Position numbers and translations under genes: made by a program. A model generated the notes under the pieces. That model was not told the DNA's origin. It worked only from the letters and a program-made list of their open reading frames with translations, and searched no databases. A stretch of 63,959 bases of DNA, counting the filler. It is 5 parts of 5 records of this genome, joined end to end, with 100 filler letters (N's around TTAATTAATTAA, not from the genome) between each part and the next. Parts side by side here need not be neighbours in the genome. Positions count along the whole stretch, not along the records: positions 29,756 to 33,236 come from SRR20825010_2247; positions 33,337 to 51,155 come from SRR20825010_2253; 3 more parts are not named here. One strand, 5' to 3'. Position 1 is the first letter of the stretch. The number at the start of each line of letters is the position of its first letter. Positions 30,039 to 39,975 of the stretch are shown in pieces.

Positions 30039-31004
30039 ATGACCGGCAAACCCGACCTTGGCGCCCTCTTCGGTGCGACACCCTCTTCAACATTCCTTGG
30101 CGTGGAAAAATGCGATGATCTGGACGGGATCCAGGCCTCGTCGGTCTTTATCGGCGCGCCCGGAGCAACTCCCTATGGCAGTGTCGGCGCCTATTGCCGC
30201 AATGCGCCGGATGCGCTCAGAAAAGCCACATCCTCTCTGACCTCCAATATCGACCGGCACAATTTTGATCTCGGCGGGCCTGTTTTTCCGGCCGGCACCA
30301 GAAGAGCGGTCGATTGCGGTGACCTGCCCTTTGACGAGAAGGATTTCGGAAAGAACCGGGCCGTCATCAAAGATGCTATCGGAACAATTACCGGCAAGGG
30401 TGCGGTGCCGATCCTGGTCGGCGGTGACGATTCCGTGCCGATCCCCATGCTGGAGGCCCTTTCCTCGACCGGAAAGACATTCACCGTACTGCAGATCGAC
30501 GCCCATATCGACTGGCGCAGATCCCATATGGATGAAGAGCTTGGCCTGTCCTCGACAATGCGCCGCGCGTCGGAAATGCCGCATATCGAGCGCATTGTGC
30601 AAGTCGGCGCCCGGGGCACCGGCTCCGCGCATTCCGACGATCATGCGGATGCCCTCGCCTGGGGTACCGAGTTCTTCACGGCGCACGATATTCACCGATC
30701 GGGTGTCGAGCCTGCCCTGGCACGTATCCCGGACGGCGCAAACATTATCGTCTGTATCGATGTCGATGCCCTCGACCCATCCATCGTGCCTGGTGTGATT
30801 GGACGTACCCCCGGTGGCCTCGCCTATCATCATGTGCTTGACCTGATGACCGGAGCTGCCGGGAAAGGCCGCATCGCCGCAATGGATTTCGTCGAATATG
30901 TTCCCGAAGCGGATATCGACGGGCTGGGCGCACTGGCAACCGCAGGGTTGATTTCAGCAGCCATGGGCATTCTTGCCCGGCAAGATGCAGGGTTGCCCAT
31001 ATAG
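30039..31004 (+). CDS. Arginase/agmatinase (ureohydrolase) family protein with atypical active site
   Basis: APDALR, DCGD, GGDDS, DAHID, QVGARG, DVDALDP, TPGGL, DFVEY. Confidence 0.9.
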   Translation: MTGKPDLGALFGATPSSTFLGVEKCDDLDGIQASSVFIGAPGATPYGSVGAYCRNAPDALRKATSSLTSNIDRHNFDLGGPVFPAGTRRAVDCGDLPFDEKDFGKNRAVIKDAIGTITGKGAVPILVGGDDSVPIPMLEALSSTGKTFTVLQIDAHIDWRRSHMDEELGLSSTMRRASEMPHIERIVQVGARGTGSAHSDDHADALAWGTEFFTAHDIHRSGVEPALARIPDGANIIVCIDVDALDPSIVPGVIGRTPGGLAYHHVLDLMTGAAGKGRIAAMDFVEYVPEADIDGLGALATAGLISAAMGILARQDAGLPI

Positions 31005-31192
31005 GCCGGGTTAACCGCAATTACTGTAAAAATTTACATGTAATTCAGACAGATAGAAGATCACCCCAACGTTTCTTGCGTTGCGCAAATACTTTCATCT
31101 GAGGTATATTAACGAATTGGTTACCTTTTGGTCCGAATGATACACGGGCTAGACCTAAAAAAACTGTGGCATGAACCTTGTGGGGAAGAGTC

Positions 31193-31375
31193 ATGACCGA
31201 CTACTGGGACAGTTACGAAAGTACGCCGACCAGCCGAGATGACCTTGAAGCCTATATCAAGGAACGTAAAAGGCGCGCCGCGCAGTATCTGCGGACCGCG
31301 AAAAAGGCTCAGGAACATATCGATAAACTACAGAGAAGAGACGAAGCCCACCGCAAGGCCCTAAGCGGCAAATAA
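31193..31375 (+). CDS. Small charged helical hypothetical protein (60 aa)
   Basis: ATG preceded by GGGGAAGAG; fills the intergenic gap; coiled-coil-like composition. Confidence 0.5.
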   Translation: MTDYWDSYESTPTSRDDLEAYIKERKRRAAQYLRTAKKAQEHIDKLQRRDEAHRKALSGK

Positions 31376-31381
31376 GGGTCG

Positions 31382-32281
31382 TCAGGCTTCTACTGCCTCC
31401 AGGCCTGTCTGAACATGCCCGGCGAGCCAGACGGAAAATGCGTCCAGATCCTCTTTCAGGGCAGCGAAACCGTCTGTCTTCATCATCCGGTCCGGGTCCA
31501 GATAGAGCCGCCGGTTAATCTCGATCTGTATGGAATGGCGTCCCTCTGACGGCATACCGTAACGGCGGATCATTTCAGCTCCCTTGTAGGGATCGTTAAC
31601 TGAAACGCCGTAGCCCTGCCCTTCAAGCCAGTCCGACACCGCCTCAACAAAACCGCTATCGGCGGTCTCGCCCTCGTAATCGCTGACCACGAAATCCGGG
31701 CGTGCCTGCCCGTCATCCACGTTCATCGGGTTGCCGAACGGTTTCATCGAATGCCAGTCGACATGCCAGACCGCGCCATGTTCCGCATGCAGCCGGTCAA
31801 GGCTCTCCCGCACGGCATCATGATAGGGCTGATAGAAATCACCGATCCGGGCCGCGACCTCCTCGACCGAGAGCGCTTCCGAATAGAGCGGCACATCGCG
31901 CAGGATATGCTTGCGGATCAGGCCCATGCCGCGCGCGCTCTTGTCCGTCGGCCGCGCGCCGTCCGGCCAGGGTTCCGCCAGCAGGTCCTCGTCGATATCG
32001 TCAATGGCCCGGTTGGCATCGATGTAAGTGCGCGGGAACTCCGCCTGCACGAGCCCTATCCCATGGTCGAGACACCCGGCAACCAGCTCGTCCACAAACG
32101 CATCCTCGCCGGTCCTGAGCTGCGCCAGACTGACCTTCGTTACGAAGTCATGGGGGATGGTACGTCCCGAATGGGGAGAGTCGAACAGGACCGGCACCGT
32201 GCCGGAAGTTGGATGGCGTTCAGTCAGAACGCCATCCAACCGGCGAACCCGTATCTGTTGTCCTGTCTCAGACACCATCAT
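31382..32281 (-). CDS. N-formylglutamate amidohydrolase family protein
   Basis: FDSPHSG, ED.FVDEL, PRTYIDANR, YQPYH, DWHSM, NDPYKG, HSIQIEINRRLY. Confidence 0.9.
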   Translation of the reverse strand: MMVSETGQQIRVRRLDGVLTERHPTSGTVPVLFDSPHSGRTIPHDFVTKVSLAQLRTGEDAFVDELVAGCLDHGIGLVQAEFPRTYIDANRAIDDIDEDLLAEPWPDGARPTDKSARGMGLIRKHILRDVPLYSEALSVEEVAARIGDFYQPYHDAVRESLDRLHAEHGAVWHVDWHSMKPFGNPMNVDDGQARPDFVVSDYEGETADSGFVEAVSDWLEGQGYGVSVNDPYKGAEMIRRYGMPSEGRHSIQIEINRRLYLDPDRMMKTDGFAALKEDLDAFSVWLAGHVQTGLEAVEA

Positions 32282-33236
32282 TCAGGTGGCAGGCGGAAAT
32301 CCGCCCTGGAGCGATTTCCCGCAATGCCGGTTGTTCGACACGGCAACGCTCGACCGCATGCGGACAGCGCGGATGGAAGTGACAGCCCGGCGGCGGATCG
32401 ATCGGCGACGGGATCTCTCCCTTGACCGGAACGAACTTGCGCTTGCGCGTGTCCAACCGGGGCACTTCACTGAGAAGGGCTTGGGTATAGGGATGGTTCG
32501 GCGCACGGAACAGCTCGTCCGTCGGTGCGCTTTCCACCACCCGGCCAAGATACATGATGACCACCCGGTCGCTCAGATGCTCGACCACACCAAGATCGTG
32601 ACTGATAAAAAGATAGGTGAGGTTGAGATCTTCCCGCAGATCCATGAACAGGTTCAGCACCTGCGCCTGAATCGACACGTCGAGCGCCGCAACGGACTCG
32701 TCGCAGACCAGGAAGTCAGGCTTCACGGCAAGGGCACGGGCAATGCCGATACGTTGCCGCTGACCGCCCGAGAACTGGTGCGGATAGCGCTTGATATAGC
32801 TCGGATCAAGACCGACCCGCAGCATCACGCTCTCGACATAGTCCTGCATCTCGGATTTGGAGACGATACCATGTACGCGTGGTGCCTCGCCGATGATGTC
32901 ACGCACCCGCAATCGCGGATTAAGCGAGCTCATCGGGTCCTGGAAGATCATCTGGACCTTGAGCTGCACTTCCCGAGCCTCGGCCCCGCTCATCTCCGTC
33001 ACGTTCTGGCCGCGATAGAACATCTGGCCTTCGCTCGGCTCATGCACACCGGCAACAACGCGGCCGAGCGTGGATTTACCGCAGCCGGACTCACCGACCA
33101 GGCCGACCACTTCGCCATCTGCGATGGAAATCGAGACATTGTCGACCGCGTGCACGGTCTCCTCGCGCACATTGGCACCGAGCTTCTGACCGATCCGGCC
33201 GGCAAGGTCGAGATGCTTCACGAAGCGCTTGGAAAT
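32268..33236 (-). CDS. Dipeptide/oligopeptide ABC transporter ATPase (5' truncated)
   Basis: GESGCGKS, IFQDPMSSLNPR, FSGGQRQR, HPYTQALL, GCHFHPRC. Confidence 0.93.
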   Translation of the reverse strand: MSKRFVKHLDLAGRIGQKLGANVREETVHAVDNVSISIADGEVVGLVGESGCGKSTLGRVVAGVHEPSEGQMFYRGQNVTEMSGAEAREVQLKVQMIFQDPMSSLNPRLRVRDIIGEAPRVHGIVSKSEMQDYVESVMLRVGLDPSYIKRYPHQFSGGQRQRIGIARALAVKPDFLVCDESVAALDVSIQAQVLNLFMDLREDLNLTYLFISHDLGVVEHLSDRVVIMYLGRVVESAPTDELFRAPNHPYTQALLSEVPRLDTRKRKFVPVKGEIPSPIDPPPGCHFHPRCPHAVERCRVEQPALREIAPGRISACHLNDGV

Positions 33237-33336
33237 NNNNNNNNNNNNNNNNNNNNNNNNNNNNNNNNNNNNNNNNNNNNTTAATTAATTAANNNNNNNN
33301 NNNNNNNNNNNNNNNNNNNNNNNNNNNNNNNNNNNN
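33237..33336. other. Artificial contig spacer
   Basis: N-run with TTAATTAATTAA linker. Confidence 0.99.
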
Positions 33337-33365
33337 TGTCTTTTTCTTTTTTTACCGCTTGGCAT
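33337..33365 (-). CDS. N-terminus of small basic ribosomal protein bS22 (mS38/AURKAIP1-like), truncated
   Basis: The minus strand reads MPSGKKRKR(H), the N-terminus I recognise for Bacteroidota bS22; it lies downstream of HU. Confidence 0.7.
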
Positions 33366-33417
33366 AATGTTATATTTTTTTTGTTGGACTTCTTTCTAAT
33401 TTCCCACCTTAAGAGTG

Positions 33418-33451
33418 AAAAAAAGCACTCCCGTTAAATCAACAGGAGTGC
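33418..33451 (-). terminator. Terminator-like hairpin after HU
   Basis: Minus strand GCACTCCTGTT-gattt-AACGGGAGTGC-TTTTTTT. Confidence 0.55.
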
Positions 33452-33500
33452 AAAAATAATAAAATCAATTGAAATTGAAGTATTTCAACTTGATAAAATC

Positions 33501-33791
33501 TTATTTTACCTTCACGTTGTTCTTAACGTCTTCAACAAATGTCTTTGAAGGCTTGAATGCCGGAACATTGTGTGCTGGAATAATAATCGCTTTGTTTTTA
33601 GAGATATTTCTTCCCGTTTTCTCTGCTCTTTCCTTCACAATAAAGCTTCCGAATCCTCTCAAATATACATTCTGCCCCTTTGATAATGAAGATTTTACGG
33701 AATCCATGAATGCCTCAACAGCCTTCAACGCCTCTAATCTCTCTAATCCTGTTTCTTCTGCAATGTCAGCTACAATATCAGCCTTTGTCAT
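33501..33791 (-). CDS. HU family DNA-binding protein
   Basis: MTKADIV, VYLRGFGSF, KTGRNI, VPAFKP. Confidence 0.95.
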   Translation of the reverse strand: MTKADIVADIAEETGLERLEALKAVEAFMDSVKSSLSKGQNVYLRGFGSFIVKERAEKTGRNISKNKAIIIPAHNVPAFKPSKTFVEDVKNNVKVK

Positions 33792-33896
33792 AACGTTCTT
33801 ACTTTTAATGTTTTATTCACTTTCTGGGCGCAAAAATAGAGTTCTCATTCGGTTATTAATTAACTTTGAGGTAATTATTTTTTTACTTTTCCCCGA

Positions 33897-34904
33897 ATGC
33901 ACGATTTCTCCCTATCAATAACCGATTGGTATAGACTAAATAAACGAAACCTCCCATGGAGGGTTTCAAAAGATCCATACAAAATCTGGTTATCTGAGAT
34001 AATTCTGCAACAAACGCGGGTTGATCAAGGTTTGAATTATTACCTCAAATTTGTCAAGAACTACCCAACCGTGTCCGATTTGGCAGCAGCAGAAGAGCAA
34101 GATGTTCTAAATGACTGGCAAGGGTTGGGTTACTACAGTCGAGCAAGAAATCTTCATTCTGCAGCGAAACACATCTGTAACGAACTTAATGGCAAGTTCC
34201 CAAATACGTTTAAAGAAATCATCAAACTAAAAGGAGTTGGAAATTATACAGCTTCTGCAATTGCTTCATTCGCTTTCAATGAAGTTCAGGCGGTTGTAGA
34301 TGGAAATGTATATCGCGTTCTAAGTCGAGTGTTCAATATTTCAACGCCCATTGATTCAACTGGTGGACAAAAAGAATTCCAAGAACTCGCCAATCTTTTA
34401 ATTGACGAAAACGACCCCGCTGAGCATAACCAGGCGATCATGGAGTTCGGGGCATTAATGTGCGCTCCGAAGCCCAATTGCGAGCATTGTCCACTCCAAA
34501 ACAATTGTCTTTCATTCTCTGAAGGTGTTATTCAATTAAGACCTGTAAAGTCTAAAAAGACAAAAACGAGAAACCGTTACTTCCACATCTTGATATACTC
34601 AGAAAACGGAAAAACAATCATCGAACAGCGCACAAAAAAGGACGTTTGGCAGAATTTATATCAATTTCCGTTGATTGAATCTGAGAGCGCTCCAACATGG
34701 AAAGAAGATCAAACTCCCTATAAAGTATCGGAAACTGTCAAGCACATTCTTAGTCATCAGCACATCCACGCTGTCTTTTATCATTTTGAAAATATTCCCG
34801 AAAAAATCGCCCCTGAATGGCAAGTAATTCCTCAATCTAGCATTCAAGATTACCCTTTACCACGCCTTATTGATAGATATCTTGAAGAACACGGAATTGA
34901 GTGA
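33897..34904 (+). CDS. mutY: A/G-specific adenine glycosylase
   Basis: LPWR, WLSEIILQQT, WQGLGYYSRARNL, HhH motif LKGVGNYTA, VDGNVYRV, 4Fe-4S Cys cluster. Confidence 0.96.
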   Translation: MHDFSLSITDWYRLNKRNLPWRVSKDPYKIWLSEIILQQTRVDQGLNYYLKFVKNYPTVSDLAAAEEQDVLNDWQGLGYYSRARNLHSAAKHICNELNGKFPNTFKEIIKLKGVGNYTASAIASFAFNEVQAVVDGNVYRVLSRVFNISTPIDSTGGQKEFQELANLLIDENDPAEHNQAIMEFGALMCAPKPNCEHCPLQNNCLSFSEGVIQLRPVKSKKTKTRNRYFHILIYSENGKTIIEQRTKKDVWQNLYQFPLIESESAPTWKEDQTPYKVSETVKHILSHQHIHAVFYHFENIPEKIAPEWQVIPQSSIQDYPLPRLIDRYLEEHGIE

Positions 34905-34951
34905 CTCATTTTTTTGTACATTTAGGTATATTTGCCCTTTAGTATTCGTTT

Positions 34952-35398
34952 ATGGCTGGAAGTGTTAACAAAGTAATTTTGATTGGTAATCTTGGTAAAG
35001 ATCCGGAAGTAAGACATCTAGAAAATGGCGCGGTTGTAGCAAATTTCCCTATCGCGACTTCAGAAACATATACTGATAAATCGACGGGTGAAAAGCGAGA
35101 AAATACAGACTGGCATGACATTGTAGTTTGGAGAGGCTTGGCAGAAGTTGTTGAGAAATATGTCCGTAAAGGAACAAAGGTTTATGTAGAAGGAAAATTG
35201 AGAAAGCGCTCTTGGCAAGACAAAGAAGGAATCACGCGTTACACGACTGAGGTTGTTGCAGACGAAATAACGATTCTCTCACGTCCAGATAGAGAAGCAA
35301 ATAAACCAGAAGCTCCGTATTCGCCTAAAGATACGCCAGTTCAACCGTCGAAAATAGACGATATTATAAATAATGACAATGATGACCTACCCTTCTAA
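34952..35398 (+). CDS. ssb: Single-stranded DNA-binding protein
   Basis: [27 protein letters not shown]-terminal DDLPF. Confidence 0.97.
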   Translation: MAGSVNKVILIGNLGKDPEVRHLENGAVVANFPIATSETYTDKSTGEKRENTDWHDIVVWRGLAEVVEKYVRKGTKVYVEGKLRKRSWQDKEGITRYTTEVVADEITILSRPDREANKPEAPYSPKDTPVQPSKIDDIINNDNDDLPF

Positions 35399-36781
35399 TT
35401 GATTCTCATGCCCTCAATTGAACCGTCCAGTATCGAGTCCCTGAAATCGTTAGCAGTAAGCACTTCAGGGACGAATATCACAGAATTCGATTCATTCGGA
35501 TTGATCATTTCTATTATTGTACTCATCCTGCTTCTTATTGCTTCCGCATTAATTTCAGGATCTGAAGCCGCGTTTTTCTCCCTCACTCCGAGTGATAAAG
35601 ACGAGCTCAAAAACTTGACCGACAAGAAGTCAAAGTTTGTAATTGATCTTGCAGATAGACCAAAGGATTTGCTTGCGACCATACTCATTGCGAACAATTT
35701 TGTGAACGTTGGGATTGTCATACTTTCTAGTTCGGTGATTTCGACGATTTACCCACCAACTGATGCTAATGCAACGGCTCATTTCATTTTGGAAGTCATC
35801 TGTATCACGCTTGTACTTCTGCTTCTTGGCGAGGTGATCCCTAAGATTTACGCAACTAAAAACGCTCTCAAATTCGCTCAAATGATGGGGCGCTCATTGT
35901 ACTATTTGAATCGAACTCCTCCAATTTCATGGATTCGTGCAGGTCTTGTAAAAGGATCGCGTGTAATTCAACGAAAAACAGGCCGAGGAAAGGTAAATAT
36001 TTCTTCTGATGAACTCGAACAGGCGCTTGCGCTCACAAAAGACGATGCTGATTCTGACGATAAACACAGAATCTTAGAAGGAATCGTGAAGTTTGGAGCA
36101 ACGGAAGTCCGACAAATAATGAGATCTAGGTTAGACGTTCATGCGATCGACTCAAGCGCTACTTTTGCGCAAGTGATCTCTAAAATTTTAAGCTGCGGTC
36201 ACTCGAGAATCCCAATTTACCAAGACAACTTCGATAAAATCATTGGCATTTTATTTATCAAAGACCTTCTTCCTTTCATTGGAGAAAATGACAAAGACGA
36301 TTGGGCAACTTTGGTGAGGCCGCCGTTCTTTGTTCCTGAGAACAAGAAAATTGATGACCTCCTAAAAGAATTTCAAGATAAACACATCCACATGGCGATG
36401 GTTGTTGACGAGTACGGAGGTTCAAGTGGTATTGTGACATTAGAAGACATCTTAGAAGAAATTGTGGGTGATATCACTGATGAGTTTGACGATGATGAAG
36501 TTGTTTACACGAAAATCGACGAAAACACCTATCTTTTTGAAGGAAAAACATCCCTAGTTGACTTCTACAAGGTGATGGGAATAGAAGAAAAGGACTTGGT
36601 TCTCGACCTTAAAGATTCGCGTGCAGCAGAAACCTTAGGTGGATTTATCACAGAAGTTGCAGGGAAAATTTTGATGAATAATGAACATATAACAGCAGGA
36701 AGCGTAAAACTGATTGTTGAATCCAGCGATAAAAAACGAATCAAAATGATTAAAGCAATCAAATTACAAACGAACGTATGA
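35399..36781 (+). CDS. gldE: Gliding-associated CNNM/CBS-domain protein GldE
   Basis: [53 protein letters not shown]; ssb-gldE-gldD synteny. Confidence 0.9.
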   Translation: MILMPSIEPSSIESLKSLAVSTSGTNITEFDSFGLIISIIVLILLLIASALISGSEAAFFSLTPSDKDELKNLTDKKSKFVIDLADRPKDLLATILIANNFVNVGIVILSSSVISTIYPPTDANATAHFILEVICITLVLLLLGEVIPKIYATKNALKFAQMMGRSLYYLNRTPPISWIRAGLVKGSRVIQRKTGRGKVNISSDELEQALALTKDDADSDDKHRILEGIVKFGATEVRQIMRSRLDVHAIDSSATFAQVISKILSCGHSRIPIYQDNFDKIIGILFIKDLLPFIGENDKDDWATLVRPPFFVPENKKIDDLLKEFQDKHIHMAMVVDEYGGSSGIVTLEDILEEIVGDITDEFDDDEVVYTKIDENTYLFEGKTSLVDFYKVMGIEEKDLVLDLKDSRAAETLGGFITEVAGKILMNNEHITAGSVKLIVESSDKKRIKMIKAIKLQTNV

Positions 36782-37353
36782 AATCTATCCTCATAATTGG
36801 TCTATTGTTATTTGTTCTCGCAAGTTGTGAAGAAACATCTTTTATCCCAAAGCCTCCGACATACTTGCGTCTTGAATTACCCGCGCATACATACACAAAG
36901 TATGACGACAGTTGCAATTACTCTTTTGAAGTTCCAGAACTGTACACCGTAACTAAAGCGCCAAAAGAAGATGGAATTGAGTGTCACAAAAGGATAGACC
37001 TTGGCCCGTTGAATGGCGTGGCATATTTGCGTTATTGGAAAATAGGAGATAAACCACTTTCGTTTTTCATAAATGGAGCAAACGATGAAGTTGAACGTCA
37101 CAAATTAAAGGCTACTAGCATTGAAGACGAAACATTTATCCGTCCGAAAGACAATATGTACGGTACAATGTTCTCACTCGAAGGAAATGTTGCAACTCCA
37201 TTTCAGTTTTACTTAACAGACAGTGTGTCAAACTTTTTATACTGCGAAGTACTCTTTAACAGCTCTCCCAATTACGATTCATTAAAACCTACCCTTGATT
37301 ATCTCAAGGTAGATTTAGATCATTTTGTGAAGACTATAAAATGGAAAAACTAA
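36778..37353 (+). CDS. gldD: Gliding motility lipoprotein GldD
   Basis: Lipobox LASC, PKP..YLRLELP, H..KA..I, QFYLTDS, PNYDSL.P. Confidence 0.9.
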   Translation: MKSILIIGLLLFVLASCEETSFIPKPPTYLRLELPAHTYTKYDDSCNYSFEVPELYTVTKAPKEDGIECHKRIDLGPLNGVAYLRYWKIGDKPLSFFINGANDEVERHKLKATSIEDETFIRPKDNMYGTMFSLEGNVATPFQFYLTDSVSNFLYCEVLFNSSPNYDSLKPTLDYLKVDLDHFVKTIKWKN

Positions 37354-37841
37354 ATAGTGTTTATTTGAGCCTTGGAAGTAACCTTGGTGACCGTCTTACA
37401 CATTTAAATGATGCCATTGAGTTGATTTCTCAACACGTTGGTTCAGTCGTTAAAAAATCCAGTATTTACGAAACTCCCCCTTTTGGTTTTGATGCAACCA
37501 CTACTTTCTATAATCTTTGTGTAGAAGTAGCAACCATTTTGAATCCGAAAGAAGTAATGCTTGCGACACAAAAAATTGAAATTCAACTGGGTAGAACCAT
37601 TAAATCTCATGCTAAAAAATACGAATCTCGCATCATTGACATTGATTTATTGTACTATAATAGTGACATTATTCAATCAAAACAATTGAATATTCCTCAT
37701 CCTCAACTCAGATTTAGAAAATTCGTTCTTCATCCGCTAAATGAGATTGCAGCTAGTTTTATCGATCCAAACACACACTTAACCGTTTCACAACTGAGCT
37801 TTAATTGTGCTGATGATTCCCAGATTGCTAAAATTGATTAA
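37341..37841 (+). CDS. folK: 2-amino-4-hydroxy-6-hydroxymethyldihydropteridine pyrophosphokinase
   Basis: YLSLGSNLGDR, SSIYET.P, RIIDIDLL, IPHP, RKFVL.PL. Confidence 0.95.
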   Translation: MEKLNSVYLSLGSNLGDRLTHLNDAIELISQHVGSVVKKSSIYETPPFGFDATTTFYNLCVEVATILNPKEVMLATQKIEIQLGRTIKSHAKKYESRIIDIDLLYYNSDIIQSKQLNIPHPQLRFRKFVLHPLNEIAASFIDPNTHLTVSQLSFNCADDSQIAKID

Positions 37842-37945
37842 TTTAAGGGCAAATGATTTTTTGAAAAAAGTTCACTTCTTTTAACATCACAAAAAAAAAG
37901 TGTAATATTGCAATGAAATTTGATTAGAATTTATTTAAACGAAAA

Positions 37946-39649
37946 ATGAAAACACAAAGCATCAAAGGTTTAGCATTTGTTCTCGCGGCTGGTACTGTAG
38001 TATCAAGCTGTACATTGCTTAAAGACCTCGAGTACAAAGTTACTCCAGACCCATTAGAAATGCACGGCGATTCTGTAAAGGTTCGCGTAGACGTAACATT
38101 CCCAGAGAAAGGAATTAAAAAGAAAGCTTCTGCTGAACTTACTCCTATGTTAGGAAGTACAGCGTTGAAACCTGTTACTTTCCAAGGAGAAAAAGCTACT
38201 GGTAACGGTAACGTAATCGCTTACAAAGCAGGCGGTAAATACACGTACACTGATGTTGTTGCATATACTCCAGAAATGGAAGTTACTGAGTTGAAAATCA
38301 CAGGAACTGTTTCTAAAGCTGGAAAAGTAAAAGATCAAATCGATCCAGCAATCAAAATTGCAGATGGAACGATTATCACTCCACTTTGGGTTAATAAAGA
38401 CTTCAAAGTAATTATGGCTAATGATCAATTCAAGCGTGTAACGGAGAAAAACGCTACAGCTCAATTGAACTATGCTAAAGGAAAATCAAATGTTGTTGCT
38501 TCTGAATTGAAAGATGCTGACATCGTTGCTTTCCAAAACTGGTTGGCTGCTGCTCAATCAAATCCAAAAATCAAGATCAAATCAATGAAAATTGTTGGTT
38601 TCGCTTCTCCAGAGGGTGAAGAGGATAAAAACAACACTCTTTCTACTGATCGTGCTGGTACAGGAAAAACAACTGTAATGGATTTGAGCAAGAAAGCTAA
38701 AAACGAAGCTGGTCAAACTGAAATGTATTCAACTACAGGAAGTGGAGAAGATTACCCAGGATTCAAGAAAGCTCTTGAGGCTGACGTAAAAATGAATGCT
38801 GATGACAAAAACTTGGTTTTACGTGTTCTTGACATGTACTCTAACCCAGTTGAGCGTGAGCAAGCAATGAGAGATATGGGTAAAACATTTACTTACCTAG
38901 ACAAAAATATCTTCCCAGGTCTTCGTCGTTCTGAAATTACAGCTGTTTATGATTTAACTGGATTCTCTGATGAGGAATTAAAAGCAAACTCTGTTTCTAA
39001 TTCTGATACATTGAACTTAGAAGAATTGTTGTTCACTGCTACATTGTACACAGATTTGAATGAAAAACTTCGTGTTTACAAAATTGCTGAAACACGTTTC
39101 CCTGAAGATTTCCGTCCAGCAAACAACGTTGGAGCTGTTCTTTACATGCAAAACAAAGTTTCTGAAGCTAAAGCGAAATTCGAAAAAGCAAACGGAATCA
39201 AAGACAACGCAATTTCTAAAAACAACTTGGCTGCAGTAGCAGGAGTTGAAGGAAACCGTTCTAAAGCAATGGGTCTATTGAACCAAGCTTCTGGAGCTGG
39301 ATCTGAAGTTAGCTACAACAAAGGAATCTTGAACATCCAATCTGGTGATTACGGATCAGCTGTTTCTAACTTAGGTTCTGAGGCATCTTTCAACAAAGCA
39401 TTAGCTCAATTGTTGAACGGAAACGCAAGTACTGCAGTAAGCACTATCGACGCATCAGTTGATAAAGAATCTGCACAAGGATATTACTTGAAAGCAGTTG
39501 CTGCTGCTCGTCAAGATAAATTGAATGACGTAGTAAGTAACTTGAAAAGCGCAATCGCTAAAGATGGTGCTTTGAAAGCGAAAGCTATGAAAGATCGTGA
39601 GTTCTTAAAGTATGCTGAAAATGCTGCTTTCACTGCGATCGTGAAATAG
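37946..39649 (+). CDS. Lipoprotein with OmpA-like domain and C-terminal TPRs
   Basis: Lipobox VSSC, GFASPEG..N..LS..RA OmpA-like motif, TPR helices; codon usage looks typical of highly expressed genes. Confidence 0.8.
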   Translation: MKTQSIKGLAFVLAAGTVVSSCTLLKDLEYKVTPDPLEMHGDSVKVRVDVTFPEKGIKKKASAELTPMLGSTALKPVTFQGEKATGNGNVIAYKAGGKYTYTDVVAYTPEMEVTELKITGTVSKAGKVKDQIDPAIKIADGTIITPLWVNKDFKVIMANDQFKRVTEKNATAQLNYAKGKSNVVASELKDADIVAFQNWLAAAQSNPKIKIKSMKIVGFASPEGEEDKNNTLSTDRAGTGKTTVMDLSKKAKNEAGQTEMYSTTGSGEDYPGFKKALEADVKMNADDKNLVLRVLDMYSNPVEREQAMRDMGKTFTYLDKNIFPGLRRSEITAVYDLTGFSDEELKANSVSNSDTLNLEELLFTATLYTDLNEKLRVYKIAETRFPEDFRPANNVGAVLYMQNKVSEAKAKFEKANGIKDNAISKNNLAAVAGVEGNRSKAMGLLNQASGAGSEVSYNKGILNIQSGDYGSAVSNLGSEASFNKALAQLLNGNASTAVSTIDASVDKESAQGYYLKAVAAARQDKLNDVVSNLKSAIAKDGALKAKAMKDREFLKYAENAAFTAIVK

Positions 39650-39670
39650 ATAAAATTCTTGATCAAATAG

Positions 39671-39703
39671 AAAACTGATCCCTTTTGGGGTCAGTTTTTT
39701 TTT
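39671..39703 (+). terminator. Intrinsic terminator
   Basis: AAAACTGATCCC-ttt-GGGGTCAGTTTT hairpin followed by a T-run. Confidence 0.85.
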
Positions 39704-39975
39704 GCCCCAATATTATCAAATAATTAAATCTCTGATTTAATTCTATTAAACTGTTCACAACCATCGAACTAAAATTAATTATCCACAAATCCCTGCTATT
39801 CTCCTAAATCGTTTAACTGATACGTTCACCAATCCAAGTCCTTTTCGTTTGGACTTAATACAGAACTGAAGCTCAATGGATCGTTGATAACTACCCTACC
39901 CCGCATTTTTTGTTTCTCTCTTTCTGGTGTATCTTCGTTCAGTTAACACTACTAGTCAACGAACAACATGCATCT

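Noticed and set aside
31167-31181. Sigma54-like TGGCATGAACCTTGT before the 60-aa ORF
   Set aside because: Mismatched -12 box, and the implied TSS would fall at the ATG and exclude the apparent RBS.
30087-33284. Long alternative-frame ORFs in the GC-rich contig (248, 224 and 418 aa)
   Set aside because: They are shadow ORFs of well-supported genes, as expected at high GC.
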